Assembly: GCF_000018465.1 (NCBI RefSeq)
Contig: NC_010085.1
Location: forward strand, 150,001 to 182,000
Direction: 5' to 3'
Length of the DNA stretch: 32,000 nt
Source of the DNA: Nitrosopumilus maritimus SCM1
GTDB lineage: Archaea; Thermoproteota; Nitrososphaeria; Nitrososphaerales; Nitrosopumilaceae
The position numbers were made by a program, and so were the translations under genes. The stretch's first letter is position 1. Every line of letters begins with the position of its first letter. Of this stretch, positions 16,798 to 25,135 are shown piece after piece. Under the pieces are notes generated by a model, which had not been told where the DNA came from, did not search any database, and was given only the letters and a program-made list of their open reading frames with translations.

Positions 16798-18324
16798 ATG
16801 GTTCTGGAATTACAAAAACCACGTCCAATTTGGCAAATAATGTTCTCAACACATCACACTGATGTTGGTTTACTTTATCTTATCATGTCACTAGGATTCT
16901 TGTTCTTGGGTGGTGCGTTAGCACTTGCAATTAGAGCTGAATTATTCTTGCCAGGTGCACAAATCATTGGTGATGCAATGACCTTTAACAGAATCTTTAC
17001 AGTTCACGGAACTACTCTTATCTTCTTGTTTATCATACCATTTGCATCTGCTGTTGGTAACTACTTTGTTCCAATTATGGTCAGATACAAAGACATGGCT
17101 TATCCAAAACTCAATGCAATTGCATTTTGGATGATTCCTCCATCAGGAGCACTCATCTGGTTAGGCTTTGCAGACTTTACTTGGTATGCAACTCCTCCAT
17201 ATTCTATTATCAGTGCTCCAGGTCCAGCAGCAGACATGTGGATCTTTGGACTAAAGATTTTAGGTGTATCTTCAGTTCTTGGTGCAATCAACTTTGTCGT
17301 TACAATTCTCAAATGTAAACACCCAGACATGTCAATTGGTCAAGTACCGCTATTGGCTTGGTCCTTCTTGTCATCATCATTAATCATCCTTGTTGCAATT
17401 CCAACATTTGCAGCAGCACTGTTGATGTTGTTAACTGACAGACTCGGTGTAACTGGATTCTTTAATCCCGCAATGGGAGGAGATCCAATTGCATATGCAC
17501 ACTTGTTCTGGTTTACATTCCATCCAGAAGTATACGTTCTTGTCATTCCAGCTATTGGTATGATGTATGAAATTATTCCAAGATTCTCAAGAAAACCAAT
17601 TTACAGTTTCAACTCTGGTATCTTTGCCTTTGTACTATTATCTATTGTTGGTTTCTCATCATGGGCTCACCACATGTATGCAACTGGAATGTCCTTTACA
17701 GAAAAGACTGTATTCATGGTAGGAACTCTTGCAGCAGTTCCAGCATCTGCAATGCACGTCTATAACTTCATTGCAACAATGTGGAATGGTAGAATCAAGT
17801 TCTCAACTCCAATGATGTGGGCTGTTGGCGGAATTGCATTATTCTTCTCAGCAGGTGCAGGTGGTGTAGCAAATGCTGCAATGCCATTAGACTTTACAAC
17901 TCACGATACTTACTGGGTAGTTGGACACTTCCATCTCTTTGTGATGGGAACTATTGCATTTGGTTCAATCGGATTCCTTTACTACATGTACCCATATGTT
18001 ACAGGCAGAATGTACAATGAAGCCATGGGTAAGATTCACTTCTTCTTATCATTTATAGGAACAATTTTGGTATTCTTTACTCAACACGTACTTGGATTAT
18101 ATGGAATGCCAAGAAGAATATTTGATTATCCACCAATCCCAGAATGGATTGCAATGAACCAAATTGCATCAATTGGTGCAATGGTAATTGGTGTCAGTAT
18201 GGTTGTCTTTTTGGTTAACATGGTTTACAGCGCTGGAAAAGGAGAACCTGCAAACCCAGAGGATCCATTTGGTGTTGGAGGCAAATACTATTATCCGTTC
18301 GAGTCAAAGAACCCATCACATTAG
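16798..18324 (+). CDS. Heme-copper (cytochrome c-type) oxidase subunit I
   Basis: 12-TM-like protein with TVHGTTLIFLF, YAHLFWFTFHPEVYVLVIPAIGMM, WAHHMYATGM, DTYWVVGHFHLFVMG. A GGAGG sequence lies at 16783-16787. Confidence 0.97.
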   Translation: MVLELQKPRPIWQIMFSTHHTDVGLLYLIMSLGFLFLGGALALAIRAELFLPGAQIIGDAMTFNRIFTVHGTTLIFLFIIPFASAVGNYFVPIMVRYKDMAYPKLNAIAFWMIPPSGALIWLGFADFTWYATPPYSIISAPGPAADMWIFGLKILGVSSVLGAINFVVTILKCKHPDMSIGQVPLLAWSFLSSSLIILVAIPTFAAALLMLLTDRLGVTGFFNPAMGGDPIAYAHLFWFTFHPEVYVLVIPAIGMMYEIIPRFSRKPIYSFNSGIFAFVLLSIVGFSSWAHHMYATGMSFTEKTVFMVGTLAAVPASAMHVYNFIATMWNGRIKFSTPMMWAVGGIALFFSAGAGGVANAAMPLDFTTHDTYWVVGHFHLFVMGTIAFGSIGFLYYMYPYVTGRMYNEAMGKIHFFLSFIGTILVFFTQHVLGLYGMPRRIFDYPPIPEWIAMNQIASIGAMVIGVSMVVFLVNMVYSAGKGEPANPEDPFGVGGKYYYPFESKNPSH

Positions 18325-18336
18325 GAGATTAATGAA

Positions 18337-19284
18337 ATGACTGAAAATCAATACTATCTAACAACCCCTGCAAGAACAGGAAAAATGATGGCAATTATGC
18401 TAGGTATTTGTATTGTAGGTGGAGCAATCTTCTTTTCACTTTGGGATTATTGGATTTCAGAACCTGCCCCAGTTGTTGCAATGATGGGAGGTGATTCTAC
18501 ACCAACTGCAGTTGCAGTTCACACTGGTGCAACCATTACATCTGATCTTTCATTTATCGAATCTTCTGACTTTATCACTTTAGCATTTAATGCATTACCT
18601 GGTGAACCTGGTAACAACCCAACAATCAACATGGAAGTTGGTGACAAAGTAATCTTTAACGTAGTAAATGATGGTGTATCATTCCACTCCTTTGGTGTTA
18701 CAGCAGACACTGAGGGCTTTGGAGGAATTTTCCCAGGAAGTGAAGTTGCAAGTCCAGCAAATCCTCTAAAATCAGGTGAAGGTGGAACTTCAGAATTTAT
18801 CGCAGGTGAAGAAGGCGTATTCTATTACATTTGTACAGTTCCTGGTCACAGAGAACAAGGAATGGTTGGAAAAATCATTGTAGGTGACGCCGAGGTTCCA
18901 GAAGAAGTTGTTGAAGCCGTACCAGAACCAATGGCAACTGAACCAGCCGAAGAAAAGGCTCCTGTTTCAACTGAACCAGTTGCATATGATGGTCCAATAT
19001 CCCTCCCAGAAGGCTCTGGAGTTCCTGGATGTCAGGAAACAAATGAATGCTATATCCCATATCATGTAACAGCACCAGCAGGAACCGAGATTGTTTGGTC
19101 AAATGATGACACTGCTGCTCATACTGTTACAAGCGGTTCTCCTGCAGATGGTCCTGATGGAATATTTGACAGTAGTATACTTGCTGGAGGTTTAACATTC
19201 TCTGTAACCCTTGATGAACCAGGTGAATATCCTTACTATTGTATAGTTCATCCTTGGATGGTTGGCAACATCACAATAGAATAG
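18337..19284 (+). CDS. Membrane-anchored tandem type-1 copper (cupredoxin) protein
   Basis: N-terminal TM; domain 1 FHSFGV...CTVPGHREQGM; Pro/Glu-rich linker; domain 2 HTVTSG...YYCIVHPWM. Confidence 0.9.
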   Translation: MTENQYYLTTPARTGKMMAIMLGICIVGGAIFFSLWDYWISEPAPVVAMMGGDSTPTAVAVHTGATITSDLSFIESSDFITLAFNALPGEPGNNPTINMEVGDKVIFNVVNDGVSFHSFGVTADTEGFGGIFPGSEVASPANPLKSGEGGTSEFIAGEEGVFYYICTVPGHREQGMVGKIIVGDAEVPEEVVEAVPEPMATEPAEEKAPVSTEPVAYDGPISLPEGSGVPGCQETNECYIPYHVTAPAGTEIVWSNDDTAAHTVTSGSPADGPDGIFDSSILAGGLTFSVTLDEPGEYPYYCIVHPWMVGNITIE

Positions 19285-19291
19285 AAAAATT

Positions 19292-19735
19292 TTGGCTATC
19301 CAATATCTTGCTCTAGCAACAATGATTGTATTGTATTCACTTATGTTCTTAGGTGGATATATTTCAGCAGCTGGATTGGGACTAACTTGTCCTGAATGGC
19401 CATTATGTCCAAATGGTGTAATGCCATCTGAAGAATATCTTATTGAATGGATTCATAGATTGGCAGCTGCTACTACAGGTGTTTTGGTTATTGCAACTAT
19501 GGTTGCAAGCTTTCTCAACAAAAGAGCTGATACAAAAATTAAAGTTACAAGTACACTTGCAACAGTATTTGTTATTACCCAAATTACACTTGGTGCACTA
19601 GTAATTGACACAAAACTTCATGCGGTTCTAGTTGCAATTCACTTGGGAATTGGAATATTGTTATTCTCAATGGTATTGTTAACTGCCTTGTTTGCCTTTA
19701 GAATTTCACGAGAATCCCAAGAGATCAAAGTCTAG
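19292..19735 (+). CDS. ctaA: Half-size COX15/CtaA-family heme A synthase (TTG start)
   Basis: MFLGGYISAAGLGLTCPEWPLCPNG...EYLIEWIHRLAAATTGVLVI...VTQITLGALVI...HAVLVAIHLGIG; four TMs. Confidence 0.85.
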   Translation: MAIQYLALATMIVLYSLMFLGGYISAAGLGLTCPEWPLCPNGVMPSEEYLIEWIHRLAAATTGVLVIATMVASFLNKRADTKIKVTSTLATVFVITQITLGALVIDTKLHAVLVAIHLGIGILLFSMVLLTALFAFRISRESQEIKV

Positions 19736-20249
19736 ATTTTTTGAAAATTTTTGGCATATAGATGTACAAGAATACTCCTGTCATCGATAGTGCTCCTATA
19801 GTAATTGCAATGATGAAAATCTGCCCAAACGGACTCTGAGTACCCATGTTAAACTTGAAGGAAAGTGGTTCGGGATTATTTGGCATATCGTACAAGTATA
19901 CATCTACAATATGATTTCCTGAATTTCTCCATACATAATCAAAGTCCCAATGGGATCCCTCTACTGATGTAGGTTGTATGGCATCCACTTGTTTTCCATT
20001 ATAGAATATTTTCATTCCCATTGTGAATCTATCAACATCTTCATAATCAAATCCTTCAGTCACTTTTACCAAAAATTGAGATGGCTCTCCGATCTGTGGA
20101 AATTCTGGGGCAGTTGCGACTTGGACTCTGTATCCTCCATTAGACTGCTCTGCAGAATTGAACATGGAGTGGGCAAATGCATCACCTAGTCCTGGAATTG
20201 AAAAAAGTATCAAAAAAGATAGGATCAAAACTGATCGCTTTTTTGCCAT
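19725..20249 (-). CDS. Exported, C-terminally membrane-anchored Ig-like/FixH- or CopC-like protein of unknown function
   Basis: Signal peptide (VLILSFLILFSIPGLGDAFA), beta-sandwich-like middle, C-terminal TM (IFIIAITIGALSMTGVFLYIYM). Confidence 0.75.
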   Translation of the reverse strand: MAKKRSVLILSFLILFSIPGLGDAFAHSMFNSAEQSNGGYRVQVATAPEFPQIGEPSQFLVKVTEGFDYEDVDRFTMGMKIFYNGKQVDAIQPTSVEGSHWDFDYVWRNSGNHIVDVYLYDMPNNPEPLSFKFNMGTQSPFGQIFIIAITIGALSMTGVFLYIYMPKIFKKSRL

Positions 20250-20314
20250 ATGGAATAATATTGGAATTAGACGAATATATTGTAACTAGATTCCCTTCGG
20301 AAATCTTCAAAACC

Positions 20315-20321
20315 TTTAAAT
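20315..20321 (+). promoter_or_regulatory. Putative TATA box (TTTAAAT) for the SRPBCC gene
   Basis: TTTAAAT about 27-30 nt upstream of TTG at 20346, consistent with a leaderless TTG-start mRNA. Confidence 0.5.
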
Positions 20322-20345
20322 CCTTATTGGCAAGACATTGAATCG

Positions 20346-20942
20346 TTGACCCTCGTAACAAAATCAATCGATATTAAGACACCTGTTGAGAATGTCTTTA
20401 CCTACTTTGCAAGACCAGAACATGTTTCTGATCAAATCAAAACTGATGCAGTAGGTATGACAGTAGTTCCTATGGATATTAAGGAAGGAATGGGTGTAGG
20501 TACAACCTTTAGAATTATCGGTGACTTTAGCGGTAAACGTTTAGAGTGGGATTGTGAGACAACCGAATTTGTTAGAAATGAGAAAATTACTGCAAAACAA
20601 ATTGAAGGTCCATTCAAGAAATGGCAAATCACTAATGAGTTCAAATCATTAGGAAATAACCTCACAAGAGTTACAATGTCAGTAGATTATGAAATGCCAT
20701 TTGGTCCACTAGGAGCAATTATGGATAAAGCAAAGTTTGCAAAATCTGCTGAGAGAGGAATGGAAACTGCCCTTTACAACGTTAGAGGTTTGTTAGAAGG
20801 AAATGGTTCAATTCCAGTATACATCACACTCGAAGCATACCAAAAACTTCTTGCCGAAAAGAAAAAGATGAATGATGTTCCAGTTTCAACTGCACTAACT
20901 GCAATCATTGAAAAATACAATGAAATTGAAGCTAAAGCATAA
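20346..20942 (+). CDS. SRPBCC/START-like ligand-binding protein with a possible C-terminal ribbon-helix-helix-like segment
   Basis: SIDIKTPVENVFTYFARPEHVSDQIKT...TTFRIIGDFSGKRLEWDCETTEF...VTMSVDYEMPFGPLGAIMDK; C-terminal VYITLEAYQKLLAEKKKMNDVPVSTALTAIIEKYNE. Confidence 0.82.
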   Translation: MTLVTKSIDIKTPVENVFTYFARPEHVSDQIKTDAVGMTVVPMDIKEGMGVGTTFRIIGDFSGKRLEWDCETTEFVRNEKITAKQIEGPFKKWQITNEFKSLGNNLTRVTMSVDYEMPFGPLGAIMDKAKFAKSAERGMETALYNVRGLLEGNGSIPVYITLEAYQKLLAEKKKMNDVPVSTALTAIIEKYNEIEAKA

Positions 20943-21007
20943 AACATAATTTTCCTTTATTTTCCAAACTTAAGATTAATAACAACTCTAGGCATACCAT
21001 TTTTGGT

Positions 21008-21081
21008 GGGTCTATGGCGCAGCCAGGTAGCGCACAGGACTCTTAATCCTGCTGTCGTGGGTTCGAATCCCTCTAGACCCG
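21008..21081 (+). tRNA. tRNA-Lys (anticodon CTT)
   Basis: GGGTCTATGGCGCAGCCAGGTAGCGCACAGGACTCTTAATCCTGCTGTCGTGGGTTCGAATCCCTCTAGACCCG. Acceptor GGGTCTA/TAGACCC, anticodon arm CAGGA-CTCTTAA-TCCTG, T-loop TTCGAAT. Confidence 0.97.
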
Positions 21082-21178
21082 CTATTATCAGTTGTTTTTT
21101 CAGAAGTATATTTTTTCTAAATGTAGTTACAAAAATCTTCTTATACATTTGGAATACTTTTAGTTCAAGTGTTAAAGT

Positions 21179-22975
21179 ATGAATGAAAATTCTACCCTTA
21201 CAGAAAATGTGTTCTTTAAACAAAGTCATATTTTGCTCATGTTAATCTTAACGTTAGTATTTTTTACTGGACTATACCAACTAAGACCTTTTTTAGATGA
21301 TTCTCAATTTTCATGGATAACTATCCCTACCTACACTATTCTTCCTGCATTACTTTCAGGATATGCTTTTGTCTTAGCAATTCGATTATACAAACAACAA
21401 AATTTTCAAGCAAAAGCTTTTCTCGTGTTTGCAATTGGTTCTCTTTCTTGGTTTATAGCTGAACTGATTTGGTTAATGTACGAACAAGTTTGGATGAGGG
21501 ATCCATTTCCATCCGAAGCTGATATTTTTTATATTGCAGCCTATCCACTCATAACTTTATTTTTATTCATTTTACTAAAACCTATTTTTAAATCAATCAG
21601 CAAAAATGCTTGGTTATTTTCGATAGCTTTGTCTTTTTCTTTATTCATACCTTCTATCTTGGTTGCATATGATGATATTCAAGGGGATGAAGTGTTTGCA
21701 GTTTCAATTGCACTTGCATATCCTGCAATGTCTTCTGTCCAATTGGTTCCGGCACTTCTTGGTCTCTTTTACCTTGGTAAAAAGGCTGCAAATTTTTCGT
21801 GGATATTGTTTTTATTTGGAATTATTGTTTATAGCATATCCGACACATTCTTTCTATTTGCAGAATTAGATGGCTCATATTATGATGGTCATCCTGTCGA
21901 TTTACTCTATGTCTATAGTTATGTTTTATTGATTTTTGCACTTCTCGTTCGTTGGAAATTTGCGAATCAACCAACTGAAAAAAATCAAGAGATGTTTTTT
22001 TCTGAACATGTAAAATTTGAAACCATTACAAAATTTGGCATTCCTTTAACCTTGGCAATTATCGCAATGGTGATTTTCATCATTATGATTCAGGCAATTT
22101 TTATTCAATCTAATGAACAAATTTCACTATTCAATATTGTAATTGGAATTGTTGGCATGTTGAGTGTTTTTACCGCCATGATAGTAATTTTGAATAAAAA
22201 TCTCACAAAACTTGTACATATACGTACTGAAGAACTTGAAGAACAAAAAAGTAATTTAGAAAATCTTGTTGAAGAAAAAACACAGGAAATACTAAAACAA
22301 GAACGTCTTTCTGCAATCGGTGAATTATCTGGACGTCTTGCACATGATCTTAGAAATCCATTATCTATAATGAAATTGTCTGTGGAATTGTTAAAAAAAC
22401 AACCATCCGATAGAACTTTTTCTGATGCAGATGTACAAAAACGCCTTGACTTAATTGATAAAAGCATAACTAGAATTTCTCACCAAGTTGATGATGTCTT
22501 AGGATATGTTAGAAATTCTCCTCTAAGATTAGCAAACTCTTCAGTTCATGAACTTTTAAAAACTTCTATAGAAAAAATTAACGTTCCATCTAATGTAAAA
22601 ATCATCATCTCTGAAAAGGATGTGAACATCAATTGTGATCCTGTAAAAATTGATGCTGTCTTTATTAATTTCCTAATTAATTCAATTCAAGCACTGTCTG
22701 ATAACGGTGGTAAAATTACTATAGACATAAGTGAAACCGATGACAAAGTAAAATTAGAATTCTCTGATTCTGGTCCTGGAATTCCAGAAGATATTATTGA
22801 TAATGTCTTTGAACCTCTTTTTACCACTAAGCAGAAGGGTACTGGTTTAGGTTTGGCAAGTTGTAAAAATATTGTTGAACTGCATCAAGGAACTATTTCT
22901 GTCAAGAATAATCCTACAACATTTACTATAGAAATGCCAAAGTTGTTGTCTCAAGATAATAAAATTGAAACTTAA
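21179..22975 (+). CDS. Membrane sensor histidine kinase
   Basis: About 8 N-terminal TMs, coiled coil, HisKA (AIGELSGRLAHDLRNPLSIMKLSVELL), HATPase (DAVFINFLINSIQAL, FSDSGPGIPEDI, GTGLGLASCKNIVELHQG). Confidence 0.93.
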   Translation: MNENSTLTENVFFKQSHILLMLILTLVFFTGLYQLRPFLDDSQFSWITIPTYTILPALLSGYAFVLAIRLYKQQNFQAKAFLVFAIGSLSWFIAELIWLMYEQVWMRDPFPSEADIFYIAAYPLITLFLFILLKPIFKSISKNAWLFSIALSFSLFIPSILVAYDDIQGDEVFAVSIALAYPAMSSVQLVPALLGLFYLGKKAANFSWILFLFGIIVYSISDTFFLFAELDGSYYDGHPVDLLYVYSYVLLIFALLVRWKFANQPTEKNQEMFFSEHVKFETITKFGIPLTLAIIAMVIFIIMIQAIFIQSNEQISLFNIVIGIVGMLSVFTAMIVILNKNLTKLVHIRTEELEEQKSNLENLVEEKTQEILKQERLSAIGELSGRLAHDLRNPLSIMKLSVELLKKQPSDRTFSDADVQKRLDLIDKSITRISHQVDDVLGYVRNSPLRLANSSVHELLKTSIEKINVPSNVKIIISEKDVNINCDPVKIDAVFINFLINSIQALSDNGGKITIDISETDDKVKLEFSDSGPGIPEDIIDNVFEPLFTTKQKGTGLGLASCKNIVELHQGTISVKNNPTTFTIEMPKLLSQDNKIET

Positions 22976-23530
22976 TTAGATCTTTTTTAGTAGCACAAAT
23001 CGTTTTTTCTCAGGTTCAATATCCTCATGCATATCCACATCACTCACAATTCTTACTTTGTAATTCATCCACCGTTTGACCATATTGCGAGATGTTTGAT
23101 TCTCATCAATTTTTTCTTCTATGTTGCTATATTTCTCACAATTCATGACATATTTTCCTGCCACTCTATACATCTCTGAAATCCCTTTTTCTAGTATATC
23201 TTCATCTAAATAATTCAATAACCCATGAGTAAAAACAAAATCTATTGATGAATCTTCAAATGGTAAATCTGTAATGCTTCCTTTTTTAAAATTAGCAACT
23301 GGGAATTTTTCTTTTGCCATGTCTAATGCATATTCATTTAGATCAACTCCATGAATTTGAAATGTATCTGGAAATAATCTTAAATCAATTCCAGTCCCAC
23401 ATCCAATTTCTAAAACACTTGTACATCGTAACGATATTGCAAGATCTTTTGTAAATTTTGCAAATTCTTCATTATACCTTGATTCATTCTCATCTGCATA
23501 TTTTCTCCAAAAACTTTCATCATAATTCAT
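22976..23530 (-). CDS. Class I SAM-dependent methyltransferase (start probably MNYDESFW; track ORF extends to 23575)
   Basis: VLEIGCGTGIDLRLFPDTFQIHGVDLNEYALDMAKEKFP...ANFKKGSITDLPFEDSSIDFVFTHGLLNYL. Confidence 0.88.
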   Translation of the reverse strand: MNYDESFWRKYADENESRYNEEFAKFTKDLAISLRCTSVLEIGCGTGIDLRLFPDTFQIHGVDLNEYALDMAKEKFPVANFKKGSITDLPFEDSSIDFVFTHGLLNYLDEDILEKGISEMYRVAGKYVMNCEKYSNIEEKIDENQTSRNMVKRWMNYKVRIVSDVDMHEDIEPEKKRFVLLKKI

Positions 23531-23568
23531 GGATTTTTTTGAGATATAGCTGTATTTGATACTAATTG

Positions 23569-23790
23569 TTAGCAATTACATTTGCATGGAATGAGTTTTG
23601 TATCAAACGTACAGTCATGAGGACCATCTGATTTTCCTTGAGTGGGAATTTCCTTCATGCAATCTTCATGACGACCTTTTCTGCAAAACCAACAAATTTC
23701 TTGTGTGTCTCCGGTTGCACATGAATCCATAATCTCTATGTATTTTTGTGGGTAAAAAACCTCTTGGAATTTTAGATGTATGTCAACCAA
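23569..23790 (-). CDS. Small Cys-rich putative metal-binding protein (start possibly MDSCATG at 23730)
   Basis: MDSCATGDTQEICWFCRKGRHEDCMKEIPTQGKSDGPHDCTFDTKLIPCKCNC: eight Cys and two His in a short protein. Confidence 0.65.
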   Translation of the reverse strand: MVDIHLKFQEVFYPQKYIEIMDSCATGDTQEICWFCRKGRHEDCMKEIPTQGKSDGPHDCTFDTKLIPCKCNC

Positions 23791-24686
23791 GGCAAGAATC
23801 TTTCATCTTTGCCCATAACTACATCCGTAAATGACTTCTGTAGTGCTTTTGTAATATGGCCCATCTTTCCATTACCGATTTTTACTTTGTCAATCTGTGT
23901 TACGGATTTTACTTCAGCAGCAGTACCTGTCATGAATATTTCATCTGCAGCATACAGATCATCTCTTTCCAAATCTCGTTCAATAACAAATCCACCATTT
24001 TCTTCAATGATTTGTATGACACTATCTCTTGTTATTCCTTCTAATCCTCCTGCAGACAATGGAGGTGTTTGAATAATGTCATCTTTTACAACAAAGATGT
24101 TCTCGGCACTACCTTCGGCAACTTTTCCGTGCCAATTCAACATGATTGCTTCATCATATCCGTTCTCTAATGCTTCCATTCTAGCTAATGCTGCATTTGC
24201 ATAGTTTGATGCTGCTTTTGCTTGTGTTGGTTGAGATCTGGAATCAATCTTTATCCAACTTGATACTTTACATTTTGCTCCTGAGAATTTCCCTGCTTTT
24301 GATTCACCCATCTTCCACTCCCAACATGAAATAGAAGCATCTACTTTGTTTTGTGTTGGAGTTAAACCCATTGTTCCATATCCATAGTATGCTAGTGGTC
24401 TAATGTAACACTCTTTGAGTCCACTTGCCTTTACTGTTTTGATGATTCCATCAGAAATTTCTTTTTTTGAAAACTGCATTTTCATGGAATACAATTTTGC
24501 TGATTTGAAGAATCTATCTACGTGTTCTGGTAGTCTGAAAATGGCAGAACCATTTGGCGTATTATAACATCTGATTCCTTCAAAGATTGATGTAGAATAA
24601 TGTAATGCATGAGTTAGAACATGAACTTTGGCATCCTTGAATGGTACTAATTTTCCATTCATCCAGATTTTTCCAACTTCTTTCAT
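23772..24686 (-). CDS. ilvE: Branched-chain amino acid aminotransferase
   Basis: KIWMNGKLVPFKDAKVHVLTHALHYSTSIFEGIRCY, ASNYANAALARMEALENGYDEAIMLN, GKVAEGSAENIFVVKDD, DEIFMTGTAAEV. Confidence 0.95.
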   Translation of the reverse strand: MKEVGKIWMNGKLVPFKDAKVHVLTHALHYSTSIFEGIRCYNTPNGSAIFRLPEHVDRFFKSAKLYSMKMQFSKKEISDGIIKTVKASGLKECYIRPLAYYGYGTMGLTPTQNKVDASISCWEWKMGESKAGKFSGAKCKVSSWIKIDSRSQPTQAKAASNYANAALARMEALENGYDEAIMLNWHGKVAEGSAENIFVVKDDIIQTPPLSAGGLEGITRDSVIQIIEENGGFVIERDLERDDLYAADEIFMTGTAAEVKSVTQIDKVKIGNGKMGHITKALQKSFTDVVMGKDERFLPWLTYI

Positions 24687-24779
24687 AGGAGAGGAAAAAA
24701 ACTATGCTAATTTAAAGAATTATCTTTTGATGCAATTTCTAGTATGAAACTACATATCTGACTAGACTCAAATTGTGAT

Positions 24780-24986
24780 GTGGAGTGGACTTTGGGATAT
24801 ATTGCAATTGCACTACTTGTTATTGGGTTAATTGGTCAGGCATTTGAAATGAGAAAAATTCGTCAAACTACTTACAGAGATGAACAGCTAGGCTCGCCAA
24901 CAATTTTTACAAATAAGAAAAATTTCAAATGGTATGGAATTCTTGGTGTTGGAATAATTCTATGGTATTTTGCTGAGCGTATGTAA
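24780..24986 (+). CDS. Small two-TM membrane protein of unknown function
   Basis: 68 aa: LGYIAIALLVIGLIGQAF...WYGILGVGIILWYFAERM. Confidence 0.55.
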   Translation: MEWTLGYIAIALLVIGLIGQAFEMRKIRQTTYRDEQLGSPTIFTNKKNFKWYGILGVGIILWYFAERM

Positions 24987-24987
24987 T

Positions 24988-25005
24988 CTGATCTATATAG
25001 ATCAG
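24988..25005. repeat. Perfect 18-bp palindrome CTGATCTATATAGATCAG
   Basis: Read directly; it is its own reverse complement. Confidence 0.95.
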
Positions 25006-25008
25006 CTC

Positions 25009-25015
25009 TAAATAG
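25009..25015 (+). promoter_or_regulatory. TATA-like element (TAAATAG) upstream of the candidate ncRNA
   Basis: TAAATAG centred about 25-28 nt before the start of the GC-rich segment at about 25036-25041. Confidence 0.4.
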
Positions 25016-25035
25016 TAGCAAATGCAAAGTATAGT

Positions 25036-25133
25036 ATCGCGTGTTTAGGGTAACGCCGGACTGAATCTAGATAATGGTCCAAGAACAAACCCTTGATGGC
25101 GCTACTGGTGTGAAAACCCGTGCGCCACACTTT
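25036..25133 (+). ncRNA. Candidate structured non-coding RNA of unknown family
   Basis: GC-rich island in an AT-rich intergenic region with a mutually compatible fold: GTGT 25041-44/ACAC 25127-30; AGGGT 25047-51/ACCCT 25089-93; GGAC 25058-61/GTCC 25077-80; GGCGC 25098-102/GCGCC 25122-26. Strand inferred from the TATA-like element. Confidence 0.5.
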
Positions 25134-25135
25134 CA

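Noticed and set aside
17127-18020. Same-strand alternative-frame ORFs inside coxA (17127-17318, 17817-18020)
   Set aside because: They lie out of frame in the conserved subunit I gene, with no recognisable domain and composition consistent with shadow frames.
20957-21229. Minus-strand 90-aa ORF (…GLEGFEPTTAGLRVLCATWLRHRPTKNG…)
   Set aside because: It is the antisense translation of tRNA-Lys(CTT); such ORFs are a common artefact over tRNA genes.
25036-25133. Lysine/amino-acid riboswitch controlling aspartate kinase
   Set aside because: The GC-rich element is at the 3' side of the minus-strand lysC gene, so it cannot be its 5' leader.
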